The translations under genes were made by a program, and so were the position numbers. From Camelus dromedarius (taxonomy: Eukaryota): a DNA stretch of 64,000 bases. The notes under the pieces were generated by a model. It searched no databases. It saw only the letters and a list, made by a program, of their open reading frames with translations, and had not been told where the DNA came from. Each line of letters opens with the position of its first letter. Position 1 is the stretch's first letter. Positions 52,318 to 64,000 of the stretch are shown one piece after another. The stretch is from the NCBI RefSeq assembly GCF_036321535.1, contig NC_087437.1:38194001-38258000 (forward strand), read 5' to 3'.

Positions 52318-53459
52318 AGGTCTATTACATTTTCTTCTTCTGGAATGAGACATTGTTAGACCTGTTCAATACTAGCAGGCTTTATGAGTCCAGATAACTT
52401 GGTGTTATGAATTTCCCAACTTTCATGGCAGCCCCAAAACAGAGCCTATAATGCCTATAGCTAAGCAACGCGTCTGTACAGTCTTGCACCTAGAATATTT
52501 GTATAGCGTTACAGCTGAACAAAAGAAGAGCAAGGACAATTCAGACACAAAAATAAACTTGAGAGTCATGTCAGCTCCAATATCTAGCTAGTTCAGAAAT
52601 GTTCTGAGCACCCTCCCTCCCCTGGAAGGAAGAGCAGAGATCTGTTCCCTGACCTAGTTCTTGTCTCTGCCTCATTTATTCTGTTAATTCTCTGAAGCTC
52701 AGAAATTGGCTTATTTAATTTTTGCTCCACAGGAGAAGCCAAATGCATTCTGGGTTTTTGCATCAGACCATCTGTGTGCCTGTGCTTTGAGTCTTCACAT
52801 CTGTGAGCTCTTTTGGTCCCTCTGATCTTATCATTTCCCCAACCATCAGCTGTAGAGCCCATGCCTTCACGCAGGAATTTTCTGAGCTCCAATTTGCCTG
52901 CTTCCTTTCCTTTGCTACCAGTCTCACTCCGTAGGATTTCCTTTGGTGGCAAACTCACCTTGCTTTCAGTGTTTTGCATGTTTTAAGGACATTGCTTTAA
53001 GTTTCTTATGCTCTTTCAAATTGCCTCTTGCTTGCAGGTTTTGGTTACTGACAGACTACTCTGCTTCTCCCTCATCACTCTTAGGGTCTGGAGCAAACCT
53101 GTCTGAGGCTTTGATGGTCCCTGTCTAGCACACCTTGTGGCTGCCATACTTCCTCTGGGGCTACTGGCCATCATATCTGTGCTGCCCTCTACAGGGTCTA
53201 AAACAGATGTCTCAGTAGCCCCTCTGGAAGATGCTGAGCTGGGACATCTTACAGCTATTCCATTCACTTGGAAACTGGCAGGATCCAGTCACCAGATTCC
53301 CTCTGACCTGCCAGTATCCCCAGAAAGAGTATTTTCCACTATGGTATGGTGTATGTGGGTTGGATAGACTCTATTTTCAAAATCAGTAACATTGATGCAA
53401 CTAGAGTATATCCTTTATGGCCATTACCTGTCTTACGTAGTAGTTACAGATATACAATA

Positions 53460-53825
53460 TGTTTTGGACTTCATGTGTTCCTCCAAAAGTCACGTGTTGA
53501 AGTACTGCCCCCCAGTGTGAAGGTATTAGGAGGTGGGGGCCTTTGGGAGGTGATCAGTTTATCCGGATGGAGTCCTTTTGAACCGGATTAGTGCTCTCAC
53601 AGCAGAGACCTAGAAAGCTCTTTTCCTTTTTTCCACCATCTGAGGACACAGCAAGAAGGTAGTTGTCTATGACCCGGGAAACAAATTCTCACCGGATACC
53701 AAATCTGCTGGTGTCTTGGTTTTGGACTTCCCAGCCTCCAAACCTGTAAGTAAGAAAGATATATTTGTTGTTTAAGCCACTCAGTCTATGGTATTTTTGT
53801 TATAACAGCCCAGTGGGCTAAGACA
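53460..53825 (+). mobile_element. MaLR solo LTR (MLT1A-like)
   Basis: 366 bp; gtattaggaggtgggg...tgaggacacagcaagaagg...ttggacttcccagcctcca...ctaagaca; degenerate TSD caata/catca. Confidence 0.9.
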
Positions 53826-56800
53826 CATCACTAATGCACAAGGGCTAGGAATTTCCAAAATGTTCTAAATTCTTTTAATGACTCCCTGGTAGGGGAGGAG
53901 GGAACCTTTTGAGAAAGAAGAGCCTCTGGAATTAGAAGCTAGAATCAGTCTGTTCTTCTACTGAACTGACTTGGACCCGCTTATGGTTTTCTTACGTGTG
54001 GAAGATGGGGTGGGAATGGGCCTCTTTGACATCCAGAACTGTCTCTTCCCAAAAAACCATAGAACAAAAATATATTAAAAATAAAGAACAGTTTTTAGCA
54101 ATGTTTATATGTTATACATCTTTAAGGAAGAAATCTGTATATCACCACTAATATGATGTCGATGGTCAGTCCCTTCTTCAGGTCTATCTGAGCAATTTTA
54201 CTTGATTGTATGCCAAGCAGTTTTGCTTCTAGAACCATGGGATATCATGGTTGAGTTCAACTTAACTCAATATTGACATCCTTTCTGTTATAATAGTCTG
54301 TCTAAAAAGCAGCATTAGAAGAAACAAATGGGCTTTAAAGAGTTGGAGGATAATAGTTTCTAAGGGTCCCTTTGTCACTTTAAATTGCCCTAAAGAATCA
54401 GGATAAGAATTTTAAAAACCTTATATTGGAGTCGTTGGAATAATTTAGAACACTGGAAACTCCTAGCTCTTTACAGTAATTTGTAGTCCTTCACGTTATA
54501 TAAGCACATTCATCAACTAACCAAGGCATCATATTTTATATTAATCCACAAGTCAGATTCTTCCAGAGGTCCTTTTATATTCCCCAAATCCAATACTTTC
54601 TATCATTTGAAGTATGTTTGAGTGTTATTTATTTACCTACTTAAAAAGATAAGTTAAACCATTTTATCTTAAGCCGTTTAGTGGTAGCAGCAATGCTTTT
54701 TTATTTTTGAAAATTGTCACATATTATATGAAATACAGAAGCATTTATATGTGCGGAACTAAAACTATTCCCTGGAAAACAGCCTACAGTTAGAGTAAGA
54801 CTGTGTAATGTCAAAGCTCTAAATTAAACATGACATCCTGCTATTGGCTTATCTCTCTCTTTTTCTAATTTACAGATATTTATATACTAATGACCATAAA
54901 ATAAAAGCTGAAGCTATGCACTAGCAGAGCCTTCCTGGGAATCCTTCTCTTCCTAACATGAATAGTTATTTTCTATGCATCTTCTTAAGTTGTGCTTTTA
55001 AATACTACTGTTGCATCTGAAGAAGCTCTTATATTGGATTTTCATTAAACTGTAACCAGTAGTACATAAGGAAAGGCTCTCTCCCATTTACCCTCATCTA
55101 TTTTCATATTCAGGACTATTTCCTATCTGCTCGTATATTTATGTTTCAGTGTACTCTGTATCTCCCTCAGGCTCCATAAATCATCTATGCTAGTTCTTCT
55201 GCGGTTACTGTGTTATGTAACATTTCTTTAGTGCAGTCAGGCCTCTCCCCAGGTGAAGCTATTTCTTTTTTTGCCTCCTGGGAAAACTTGATTGTATTTT
55301 ACTTTTTTCGGTGACTGATTTTTATTTTACCCCTGTGCATAGCTCTAGCTCCGAATCGAATTTTAGCATTAGCACATGTTTAGGAGATTTTGATGCTCTT
55401 AATTTCACTAATACATAGAAGATTTTTCACTTCATGTATAATTTGATACTCCAAAACCTTCTGACAAATAAATTATATGTATTGTTTTATGCACACTTGC
55501 TAAATGTGTTTGATTTAATTGTATTTTCCAAGTTTATCTTCAGCTGACCTCTGATTCATTTGTATATAGTTATCCTTGGCTTGGCTATTCAAACCACCCA
55601 GCAGATTATAAAAGCATGCACATAGAGTAATATGACTTTACAGCACCAAATCAAAGCGTCCCTGCGATTACTTTTATATCATGAATTGAATAGAGAGGGC
55701 TTCTACCGTGCGTCCTAATTCCATGTGCACTTTCCTTTGTTACTTATTATTGCTGCTCTTCTTTACTGTTCCTGTTGAGTCTTCCTATCACGTGTTTGAA
55801 GTTGTAGGAGGCCAATTAGAAAAAATATTTTCTTGGTTTTTAAAAGTTGAAAACTGGCATTCAGTTGATGATGAAAATAGAGGTAAAATATCAGGTCTAT
55901 TGTACGTGCTTTTGTAGCTCAGGTTTCCTGAGGAGATGATGTGGGACATAACAGACCTTGACATTGGTCTTGTATAGAAGAGAGTTTGGGGAGAAAACTC
56001 AGAATTCACCACCTAGGTTTCTAGAGGTGAACCCTGACTCATAGTCTGCTTGAGTAAAAGGATGAGATTTTAAGCCTTGCTTTCAGTGTAGGGGGTTGAT
56101 ATGGTCACTATTTAATAAATCACACAGGTCTCTCTTCTCTAAAGAAATTCTGCAGGGAAGGTTACAGACATTAGTTTTGTTTGTTCCTTGAAACAGTATA
56201 CCAGCCTAACCCAGGAGAGTTTATCTCATTTACATGAGATAAGCATGTTATTAATGATGAATTTTCCAAAACCTGTTCATTTCAGTAAGCCAACATATTT
56301 CTACAAATGTCCCAGTTTTAAAACATTGGGTGGACTAGAGGAATGTGAATGTAAGTTATTTAGCATGCCATCTTTTTATAAACAGCCTATAGCCTCCTAG
56401 TCATAAACGTCATGAAAAATTAAAGAGACACAACATCAGTTTGGAGCTTCAGAACAACCCCAGATGGTCTGTATCTGGTTACACCAGATGACACCAATTC
56501 TTCAGGAAGATGTGAGATGGTATTTCTTAGCCAAATGTGTTTACTGTCAAGGGACTTGTAACCCAACAGTTATTCCCAAAGGACAGTTTTCTGAAAAATG
56601 AACTATAGTGTTCATACCTCCAGGGTGACCCTGGAATGACCTTTGACTTTAGACTACAGAACAGAGAAAAATTCAACTTTTTGTGTTGAGCCATAGCATT
56701 TTAAAATTTATAGTATTGGCTTTCACTAGGTTATATGTTGCAAAGATTAGAGACAGAATTTTAAACACATTCAGTAAACATGTTTTAGGGAATAATAACT

Positions 56801-57319
56801 GAGAATATCATGTGAGTGTAATGGACCATATTTTTCATTTCTTAAAGGTCTCATTTATTAAAAGACTTTAAAAATTCCATCATAATATAACTGTCTCTGA
56901 ATTCTAGACACCCGTAGTAACTGGAAGATCTTGATTCTGTAGTATTGAATTACATATAAAATATTAGTAACATTTTAACATGAGTGGAAAGAGAAATAGA
57001 ACTATTATTATTATTAAGATTCTGTCGAGTTTGGGGAATCCCTAGGCTGTATGATTTTTGTCCTGTTACCTTCTGTGTGTTTTGACAACCTCAGTGCTTG
57101 TTCGTACTATTAACAGAGGGCAGAAAGAAATGGGACAATCCTCAAATTTATCAATTTTCTGTTCTCCTCTATCAGCAAATATTTCTGAAGAAATATGCTA
57201 AGATAGTGACTGAAGTAAGTAGAAGACTGTACTTACCTTGAACACAGGGTGAGCCACATAGAAAAAGGCTGCCATGATACACAGGAACGATGATGAGTGT
57301 CCCAGTGAAGGGCTGACAG

Positions 57320-57570
57320 GACACCTGGAGAGGAGAAACTGATTCCAGACATGTTAAAGGAGTCAAGTATGAAGATTGCTTGGGTATTTAAAGTAAGAAA
57401 GAGAATAAATTGCCAGATCTAGCACTGGCTAATGTATAAATAAAAAAATAACATTAATGTAGACCAAAGTCAGAGATGGAAACTAGGGGTTGAATCATGG
57501 GAGAGAGTGAAAACTAATTCATTTAATTTTAGATTTGAGTTTGGTATATGCATGGAATGTCTTGATACAT
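57320..57570 (-). mobile_element. L2 fragment
   Basis: gagaggagaaactgattccagacatgtt...tttgagtttgg; diverged. Confidence 0.4.
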
Positions 57571-58449
57571 TCCCTCTCCTAGATTATCCTCGAGGCTAGA
57601 AATGGAAGGAAGAGTCACTGACCACTGTTCAGTTGATCTTTTGACCTAAACACTGATTGCCTCTTCCAGGTGGCATGAAAAGTATTTCCAGAAAATAGGC
57701 CAACAAAATAACTGAATGTCTTTCTTGGCTACAGCTATAATGACTTCTAGCATCACTCCATTCACAAGAAGATGCTAAAATCGTTAGTCACTTGAATACA
57801 CTTTGAACTTCTTTTCCAGATAGGTTGTTACAAGATTTAAAACCCTTTGTTCAAAGTACTACAACTCAGCATTAGAAGGAAGACAGGAAAACATGGATAG
57901 AAAGTAGGCACTTTTTTCTGAATCCATTTCAGCCTTCCTTTTTCATCATATACGTAAGCACAATGATTTCTTCTTTTCAAATGATTGTGGCTTTGACTTT
58001 CATATATTGAATCTACAATTAGTAAAAAGAAAAAGAGTAGCAGTAAGCTACAATCAGCAGGTTTTAAAATTTTCCTGTCTTAAGTATTCCCATGGTTTTG
58101 CACTGTAATTATAAGTGACAGAACAGAAGCCTTAACCAAACATTGTAAGTGATGGTTTTGAATGTAATGTTAAATAACTGGTTGATTTTTGTTTTTTGTT
58201 TGTTTGTTTGTTTATATCTGCACATACGCCCTCGTGCGTGTTAGCATACATGCTTTACGTGTCCACTGTAAGCAATGTGTTTTCATGACTAGAAAAAAGA
58301 TGGAAATCTTATTTTAAATATAATCTCAGAGTTTTTATACTTAGAGATTTTACACCTGAAAATTCCACACTATTGACTATTATATTTCGTGGGAAGCCTT
58401 GGGAAACTCTTAACTGGCCCCCACAGTTCCCTGACCCACGGAAGCTCTC

Positions 58450-58945
58450 AGCCAGGTCTCACTCTCGTTGGAACTAGCAGCATCAGCACTACTTGTAAGC
58501 TCGCTGGAAATGCAGGCTCCCTAGCCCCACCCCTGAAATCCTCAATCAGAAGCTGCGCTTTATATGAACTCATCTACAAAACAGAAACAGACCCCAGACT
58601 TAGTAAACAATCCTATGGTTACTGGGGAAAGGGGTGGGAGGGGGTAAATTTGGGAGTTTGAGATTTACAAACATCGACCAATATATATAAAAATAGATTT
58701 TTTTAAAAGTTTCTTCTGTATAGCACAGGGAACTATGTTCAATATCTTGTAATAACCTTTAACGGAAAAATATGAAAACGAATATATGTATGTATATACA
58801 TGACTGGGACATTGAGCTGTACATCAGAGACTGACACATTGTAAATGACTGTACTTCAATAAAAAAGAAAGAAAGAAAGAAAGAAACTGCACTTTAACAA
58901 GAGTCCCAAACGATATGGGTGCACAGTAAAGTTTGAGAATTCTGG
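58450..58945. mobile_element. MER5A hAT MITE split by a young L1
   Basis: agcagcatcagca...gaaatgcagg...aatcagaa | ctgcactttaacaag...aaagtttgagaa. Confidence 0.8.
58563..58881 (+). mobile_element. Young 5'-truncated L1 3' end with (GAAA)n tail
   Basis: atgaactcatctacaaaacagaaacagac...ctgtatagcacagggaactat...gtacttcaataaaaaa; 15-bp TSD agaa(g/a)ctgc(g/a)cttta at 58548-58562 and 58882-58896. Confidence 0.93.
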
Positions 58946-60914
58946 TTTAGGCCAAGGTAATATATGAATCAGGAACACTCTGTACGACAAATGCGGTGAG
59001 AAACTGAATACTGATGCCTTTGGTGTGAATGTTTTGAATATCTGACCAAATGAGATAAAATAAAGAGGCCTGGCGTCAGAAAGAGCTAATGCATTCTGTT
59101 CTATAGTTGAAGCTGAGACACGTGCTTATCCACACACTGCTGCATTCAATTCCGAACTGCATTTCATGGGTTAGTAGTTTCCTTTTTCATCTGTATAGAG
59201 AATGTGCAATTTTGATGTTTTTTATGACAAATAAAAGTGTAATGAAGGGTTGTACAATGGGTTATTATTTCTTAATATATTCGTACTGGGGTTTTGAAGA
59301 TCTGATGTCACTGCCAAAGACCTTGTATGTTCCTTGAGTTTTTTAGACCTCATTGAATGCTACAGAATAGCAGCAATTAGCTCTTGTTTTAGGGAGTAGT
59401 TTGGACTTAAAAAAAAAAAAAAAAAGGAAATATTGATAATTTCAAGGTATTATATGATTGTGTGTGTGTGCAATCTTTAGAAAGAAACATATATTTTAGT
59501 ATTTGGATTCTTTAAAACCCTGCTCAGTGCTAATTTAAATTCATGATGGATTCATTGTGGTATAAATTAAGTTTAAAAAAAAGATCTCTATTCATTAAGG
59601 TAATTAGAATGCATTATGTAATCTGTTTAGTAGAAATGCAGGAGGCAACATCACCACTACAGATACTTTACTCACTACATCCTATTCTGAAAACACATCA
59701 ATTACATATTTTATTTCTCATTCATTAACAGTCACTAACCATAGTTTCTGAAGGATTCCCAAATATATACCAACAGTAAGAACTTTTTTACAACAAATGT
59801 TTTGTGCATTATGACCCCCAACCTTTAGAAAATGTATTTATCATGAGTCTGAAACAAGCAAGGGTCATTAGGCATTTTAAAATTAGAGAAGTGAATTGAT
59901 CATGCAATTAATTCAGGTTTACTGAATGATTTCTTCCTTTTTTGGATGCAAACCACAGCTTTTTTATTTCCTTCCTTTTTCTTTCCTTCTTGTACCCTGG
60001 CCTCTGTCTGCTACATCAGTGGGGCCTGAGTTCATGCCACCTTGTGGACTGTCCTCACCCTCCAGGCCTCCTGCTCTCCTTACGCTTCTCCCCCACCTTC
60101 CCCTCCTTCTTAGACACAAACACAGAGACAACCCAGGTACTGAAAAACGTTTCTAGTACTTGTTCTATCACACACTAGAGCTAAGGAAGGAACCCCAAGT
60201 ACTTGGAGTCATTATGTAGGAACAGGTGGCTCTTTATTGTATGGCTAAGAGAGGAATATTAAATGGGGTATTTCATTAGAAAACCTATTGCAGTGGTGTA
60301 ATTTGTAGATCCTAGAGAAGTAACACATTGACTAGAGGAGGAAGAAAGTATCGGATTAGCTTTATCATTACAAATATACCACTTTGTACTCATGCCTAAA
60401 CAGCATATATTACAAAAATAATAAAGTATAGCAATATGTCAGATTATTTTGGATGCGAGCTGTGCCTATTTACAACACTAAACTCTGTTTACTGCTCAGA
60501 CAAAGGTTGCTGCAATTCCCATATTTAGAAGAGAAGAGATTCTTCTAACTAAATTTTCCTCTCCGTATTGTAGCTTGTATCATTTATCCTCAATTATTTT
60601 CTTATAAACATACTTCCTTTCCCTTTTGGTTATAAATGCAGTGAGGAGAACAAAACATTTAAGCCTTCAGAAATTCCTATTAAGGAGAGATCCAGTTTTT
60701 GGTTTTGTTTTGTTTTTGAAAAGCCATTCCAGAACTCAGAATATGAAAGCAAACACCCCAGAGGCGACTGTGAAGGGAGGAGAGATAGTAGAAATGACAG
60801 GATAGATAAGGCATCTGAGTAGAACAAAGCTGCATGCCCAGAATGGAGGGATGGAACAGAATAAACTTGCTACATGTAATGTGTAGTGTTACAGTGTTGA
60901 TCAGTTGTGATATA

Positions 60915-61070
60915 AGTGCAGTTTGCAGACCAGCTGCATCAGCTCTGGCTGCCTGTTAGAGATGGAGAATCTTGGGTCTCGTTCTCATACTAAAAGAGAA
61001 TCTCAGAGGGTGAGGCTCAGGAATCTTGTATTTAACAAGCTTTCTGGGTGATGTGTACTAAGGGCTTGGA
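60915..61070. mobile_element. MER5A-like hAT MITE
   Basis: gaccagctgcatcag...tgttagagatggagaatcttggg...caggaatcttgtatttaacaagc. Confidence 0.7.
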
Positions 61071-61074
61071 AGCA

Positions 61075-61175
61075 TTTTACTAGATTCTAAACACTTCATT
61101 CACCACTCATACTCAGTACCTTGAAGAGTCCCTGCCACATTGTAGGTCATCAGTGAATGTTGCTTGAAAGGAAGA
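61075..61175 (+). mobile_element. L2 3' end
   Basis: cagtacc...cctgccacattgtaggtcatcagtgaatgttgcttgaaaggaagaa. Confidence 0.55.
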
Positions 61176-62175
61176 ATTCCAAAGAAAGAATGCTCTATGT
61201 TGGGTTTGGATCACTGTGGCACGGGAACAAGGCATTCACGGCAAACCAGACAAGGAACTTTTACTCTGAACTGCTACAGCCATCTATTGCATGTTCCCCT
61301 TCCCTGAAGTTGTTTGCACTAATAATTTATTATACTAGGTGTACATAAAGCCCAGAGACAGGTAATAATATTCTGTTTTTACAGATGGGCCTTGTGCTTG
61401 ATGGCCTTATAGAGATTCATCCCTGTTTCCCTGTGTTAGGGACATTCCGTAAACTCTGTACCCAGGTCTGTACACCTGAGACAGAACTTACATTGTGTTG
61501 CTCAGTGTAACACTGGAACAGTGGTGTCTCTACCAGCTTGACAACAGTGCTTTCTCTGTCACTCATCCCAGTGTTCTCCTTCCAGTCCACTCCATGAACA
61601 CACTCATTCATCTTCAAGTGTTGTTCACAATGTCATGTGACATTTTTATAGCAGTTAACTATCTATGCCAAGAAGTTTAGTAAAGAAAGTGACAGCAATG
61701 ATTAAAAATAAGGGTTATAATTAAAAGTCCCAAGTGTCTTCAAGCACTATTTGAGTCGTTATTTTTACTCAGTGTTTCACATAAAGAAGACACAGTGATT
61801 ATCCACACCCTGGGAGAAAGGGAGGCTATGAATAATTGAAACTCATGACAAATTATTGTCCACTCATGTTGCTACTTTCTATGCAACCATGACTTAGATT
61901 GTTAACACCGGAAAACACTGACTATTCTAAATTTTAGTTCTTGACTCTGTGCATTTCTGAGTATAGATATTGGCCAGAAATGAAGTAATTCAAATTTGGT
62001 GACAAAGAAGAAGAAATGGTACCAAAGGAGAAGGACAGTTCACACAAATTCTATAGCCAGCCTCTAACTAAGTTCAGGATTTGTTCTGTAAGCACGCATG
62101 CATCCACCCATTTCTAATAGTTATGCAGTGTTCAGTTGTTATTGGTGCTGTGTTTAGAGCTGAAGAGCAAGAAGA

Positions 62176-62441
62176 ATGCACTCTCACTAGGGGTGATAGT
62201 ACACCCAAGGAGACACAATCTGGTTCTTTAGGAGCAAAAAAAGAGAAAGTTTTACTCTCTCTCTCTCTCTCTCTTTTTTTTTAATGTATAAGCACAAGTA
62301 TACATATAGTACATAGGCTATATAAGTATTATTTGTAGTATTAAATTTTCATGTGGAGTGATAAGAAAAAAATAGAAGTCTAAAAAGGCTCCATGGGGAG
62401 GGGTAGTGATTAAAAAAAAAAAAAAAAGGCTGAGAAATGCT
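62176..62441. mobile_element. hAT-Charlie MITE (MER112-like)
   Basis: aggggtgatagtacacccaagg...gtattaaattttcatg...gtctaaaaaggctcc...aaaggctgagaaatgctg. Confidence 0.6.
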
Positions 62442-62608
62442 GATGTGAAGGGAAGTTAAACATGGTAGTAACAGTCACAACTCCAGAATTTCTATATTGA
62501 GGGGACGGGAGTTTAGGAATGATAATCTGGTTGGGATCGGGACAGGAGAAGGAAGTGCTTGTAGAAAAGTTAGGCACTTTTGCTTGAAAGGTTATTGCAT
62601 TTGCATAT

Positions 62609-62915
62609 TGTGGTAGCCAGAATTCTAAAATGGAATCCCGAGATCCCAGACTCCTAGTGTACATGGCTGGTATAATCCAATCCCCTTGAGTGTAGGCAGG
62701 ATCTGTGAGTATGATGAGTGCTAATTCCGTGATTAGATTACATGGCAAGGGTGAAGCGGTTTTGCAAATGAAATTAAGGTTCCCAATTAGTTGACTTTGA
62801 GTCAATCCAAAGAGGGATTATGCTCAGCGGACCTGCCCTAATTAGATGAGGTCCTTCAAACAGGGTGAAGCATCAGAAACACCCTCCTGGTCACCTTGAA
62901 GAAAGAGAACAATCA
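62609..62915 (+). mobile_element. MaLR LTR 5' half (MLT1E-like)
   Basis: tgtggtagccagaattctaaaatgg...ccccttgagtgtaggcagg...aattaaggttcccaattagttgactttgagt; 3' truncated. Confidence 0.8.
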
Positions 62916-64000
62916 TTTATTTGATACAGATTTAGAGCCTGACATTGATACTAAAATCTACCTGCCACACCTGTGCTACCACTGACAACAGAGAAGTTTT
63001 ATACAAAAAAAAACTGGGTGAGAAGTGAAGTGCTAAAGTTAGCCATCCTTTTAAAGTACTGTCGAGGAGGGACATTATTCTGATGGTGATTTTCAGGGGA
63101 TTGTTTTAATTGTCAAAATTCATACAGTACTTAAAATTTAAAGCTATGGTCCCATATACACTGGTTTGTCTTTCAACCCAAGGTAGGTATTATTAAGTGC
63201 ACTTGAGAGCTGGGATCAGTCACATCTATACAACCAAGCTGACCAACCCAAGGTGCTGCTTCGATACTGGATCAAAACCTGGAACCTCATTTCTTTCTCC
63301 TACATTTTCCTACTCTAGCCCATTCTAGGGGTGGTTTAATCTCTTCATTTAGAATCCAACCTTCATCTGATTTATGATATTGCTTACCAGAATATTTCAC
63401 TTTAGGAGAAGTGAAGAAGAAAACAATTTTTATTGTAAAGGCAGATAAATATGCATGACCAGAATAAATAAACACAGCTATGTTTAGTACTTTTATTTTA
63501 TGATAAATGTTAATTCTCTTAGAATGGCTGCAGCCATGACATGCTTCATGTTTCAACTGAAAACTGACGTATCCTGCAGTAATGGCTCCTTCACAAGATA
63601 AAACATTGATTCTCTATGCAATTTCAGATCTGATTACTACTGATTATTGATTAAGAAGTTCTATGCTGTGGAGATTCCCTCTCCCTAAAATTTACAAATA
63701 AATAAGAAACTATTTCAGCCCTCTGTGATTATAGAAAGAAGCCCCATATTTTGTGTACTGAGGGAATCCATTTACTTGTTGATATTTAATAAATTCCTTT
63801 GCCAAACATTACAATTACTTCTTTTTCTCGAAAATTGTATCTATGTCCATATATCCTCAATTCCTAAATTTCATATTATATTTCACAAGGTTTACACTCA
63901 CTTTTCAAGTTTGAAAAAATGCTTCTATTTTTGCTGTGAAGTTAACTGTGAAGAACTGAAAAAGATCCTTACATAAGCTGAGTGCATGGTATCTTTTAAG

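Larger units (their letters stand above)
48340..53450 (-). mobile_element. Decayed ERV-L (class III) internal region, gag-pro-pol
   Basis: Manual minus-strand translation gives, in order: protease-like LDIGADMTL (52561-52587), QCLIPEE (52335-52355), AVWP (51769-51780), RT-like ALDFANALF (51632-51658) and QNQFAFI*QALLYNFTLL (51554-51607). Weaker connection/RNase H/integrase-like and gag-like matches lie on either side. Confidence 0.7.

Noticed and set aside
48340..53400. Ty3/Gypsy element with PNMA-like gag (apparent FGFSCG, LQTL..REK, MAYL.., TTVPIL motifs)
   Set aside because: The same DNA fits ERV-L better and collinearly (LDIGA, DFANALF, QFAFI*Q). The Gypsy matches look like over-fitting; an HMM comparison would settle it.
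58225..58275. Antisense tRNA-derived SINE remnant
   Set aside because: Only patchy similarity, with no clear A/B boxes or TSD.
1218..63976. Short ORFs in the supplied track as genes
   Set aside because: All are 131 aa or shorter, many have non-ATG starts, and many overlap repeats or simple sequence. None resembles a cellular protein; the only recognisable peptides are decayed L1 ORF2 at 36.2-37.3 kb.

Overview
AT-rich, CpG-depleted placental-mammal DNA, either a gene desert or a very large intron. I found no recognisable protein-coding exon, tRNA/rRNA, CpG island or prokaryotic system. The supplied ORFs are chance or repeat-derived. Much of the window is transposon debris of different ages: MIR, L2, L3/CR1, old L1M/HAL1, hAT MITEs, MaLR LTRs, two intact ERV1-type solo LTRs with 4-bp TSDs, and younger L1 3' ends. 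Those L1 ends resemble cetartiodactyl elements; camelid is my inference, since I saw no Alu, BovB/Bov-A, PRE-1 or SINEC. The most informative hidden structure is a heavily decayed minus-strand ERV-L (class III) gag-pro-pol fossil at ~48.3-53.4 kb. It is visible only by translating through stops and frameshifts, and is split by MER20, an old L1 and an MLT1 LTR. Other items: three 5'-inverted L1 insertions, a ~100-bp dispersed repeat pair with one copy inserted in CR1, a 22-bp perfect palindrome and some TF-motif clusters. I see no convincing evidence of a previously undescribed biological system. Family names come from remembered consensus sequences, not from a search, and boundaries of old repeats are approximate.
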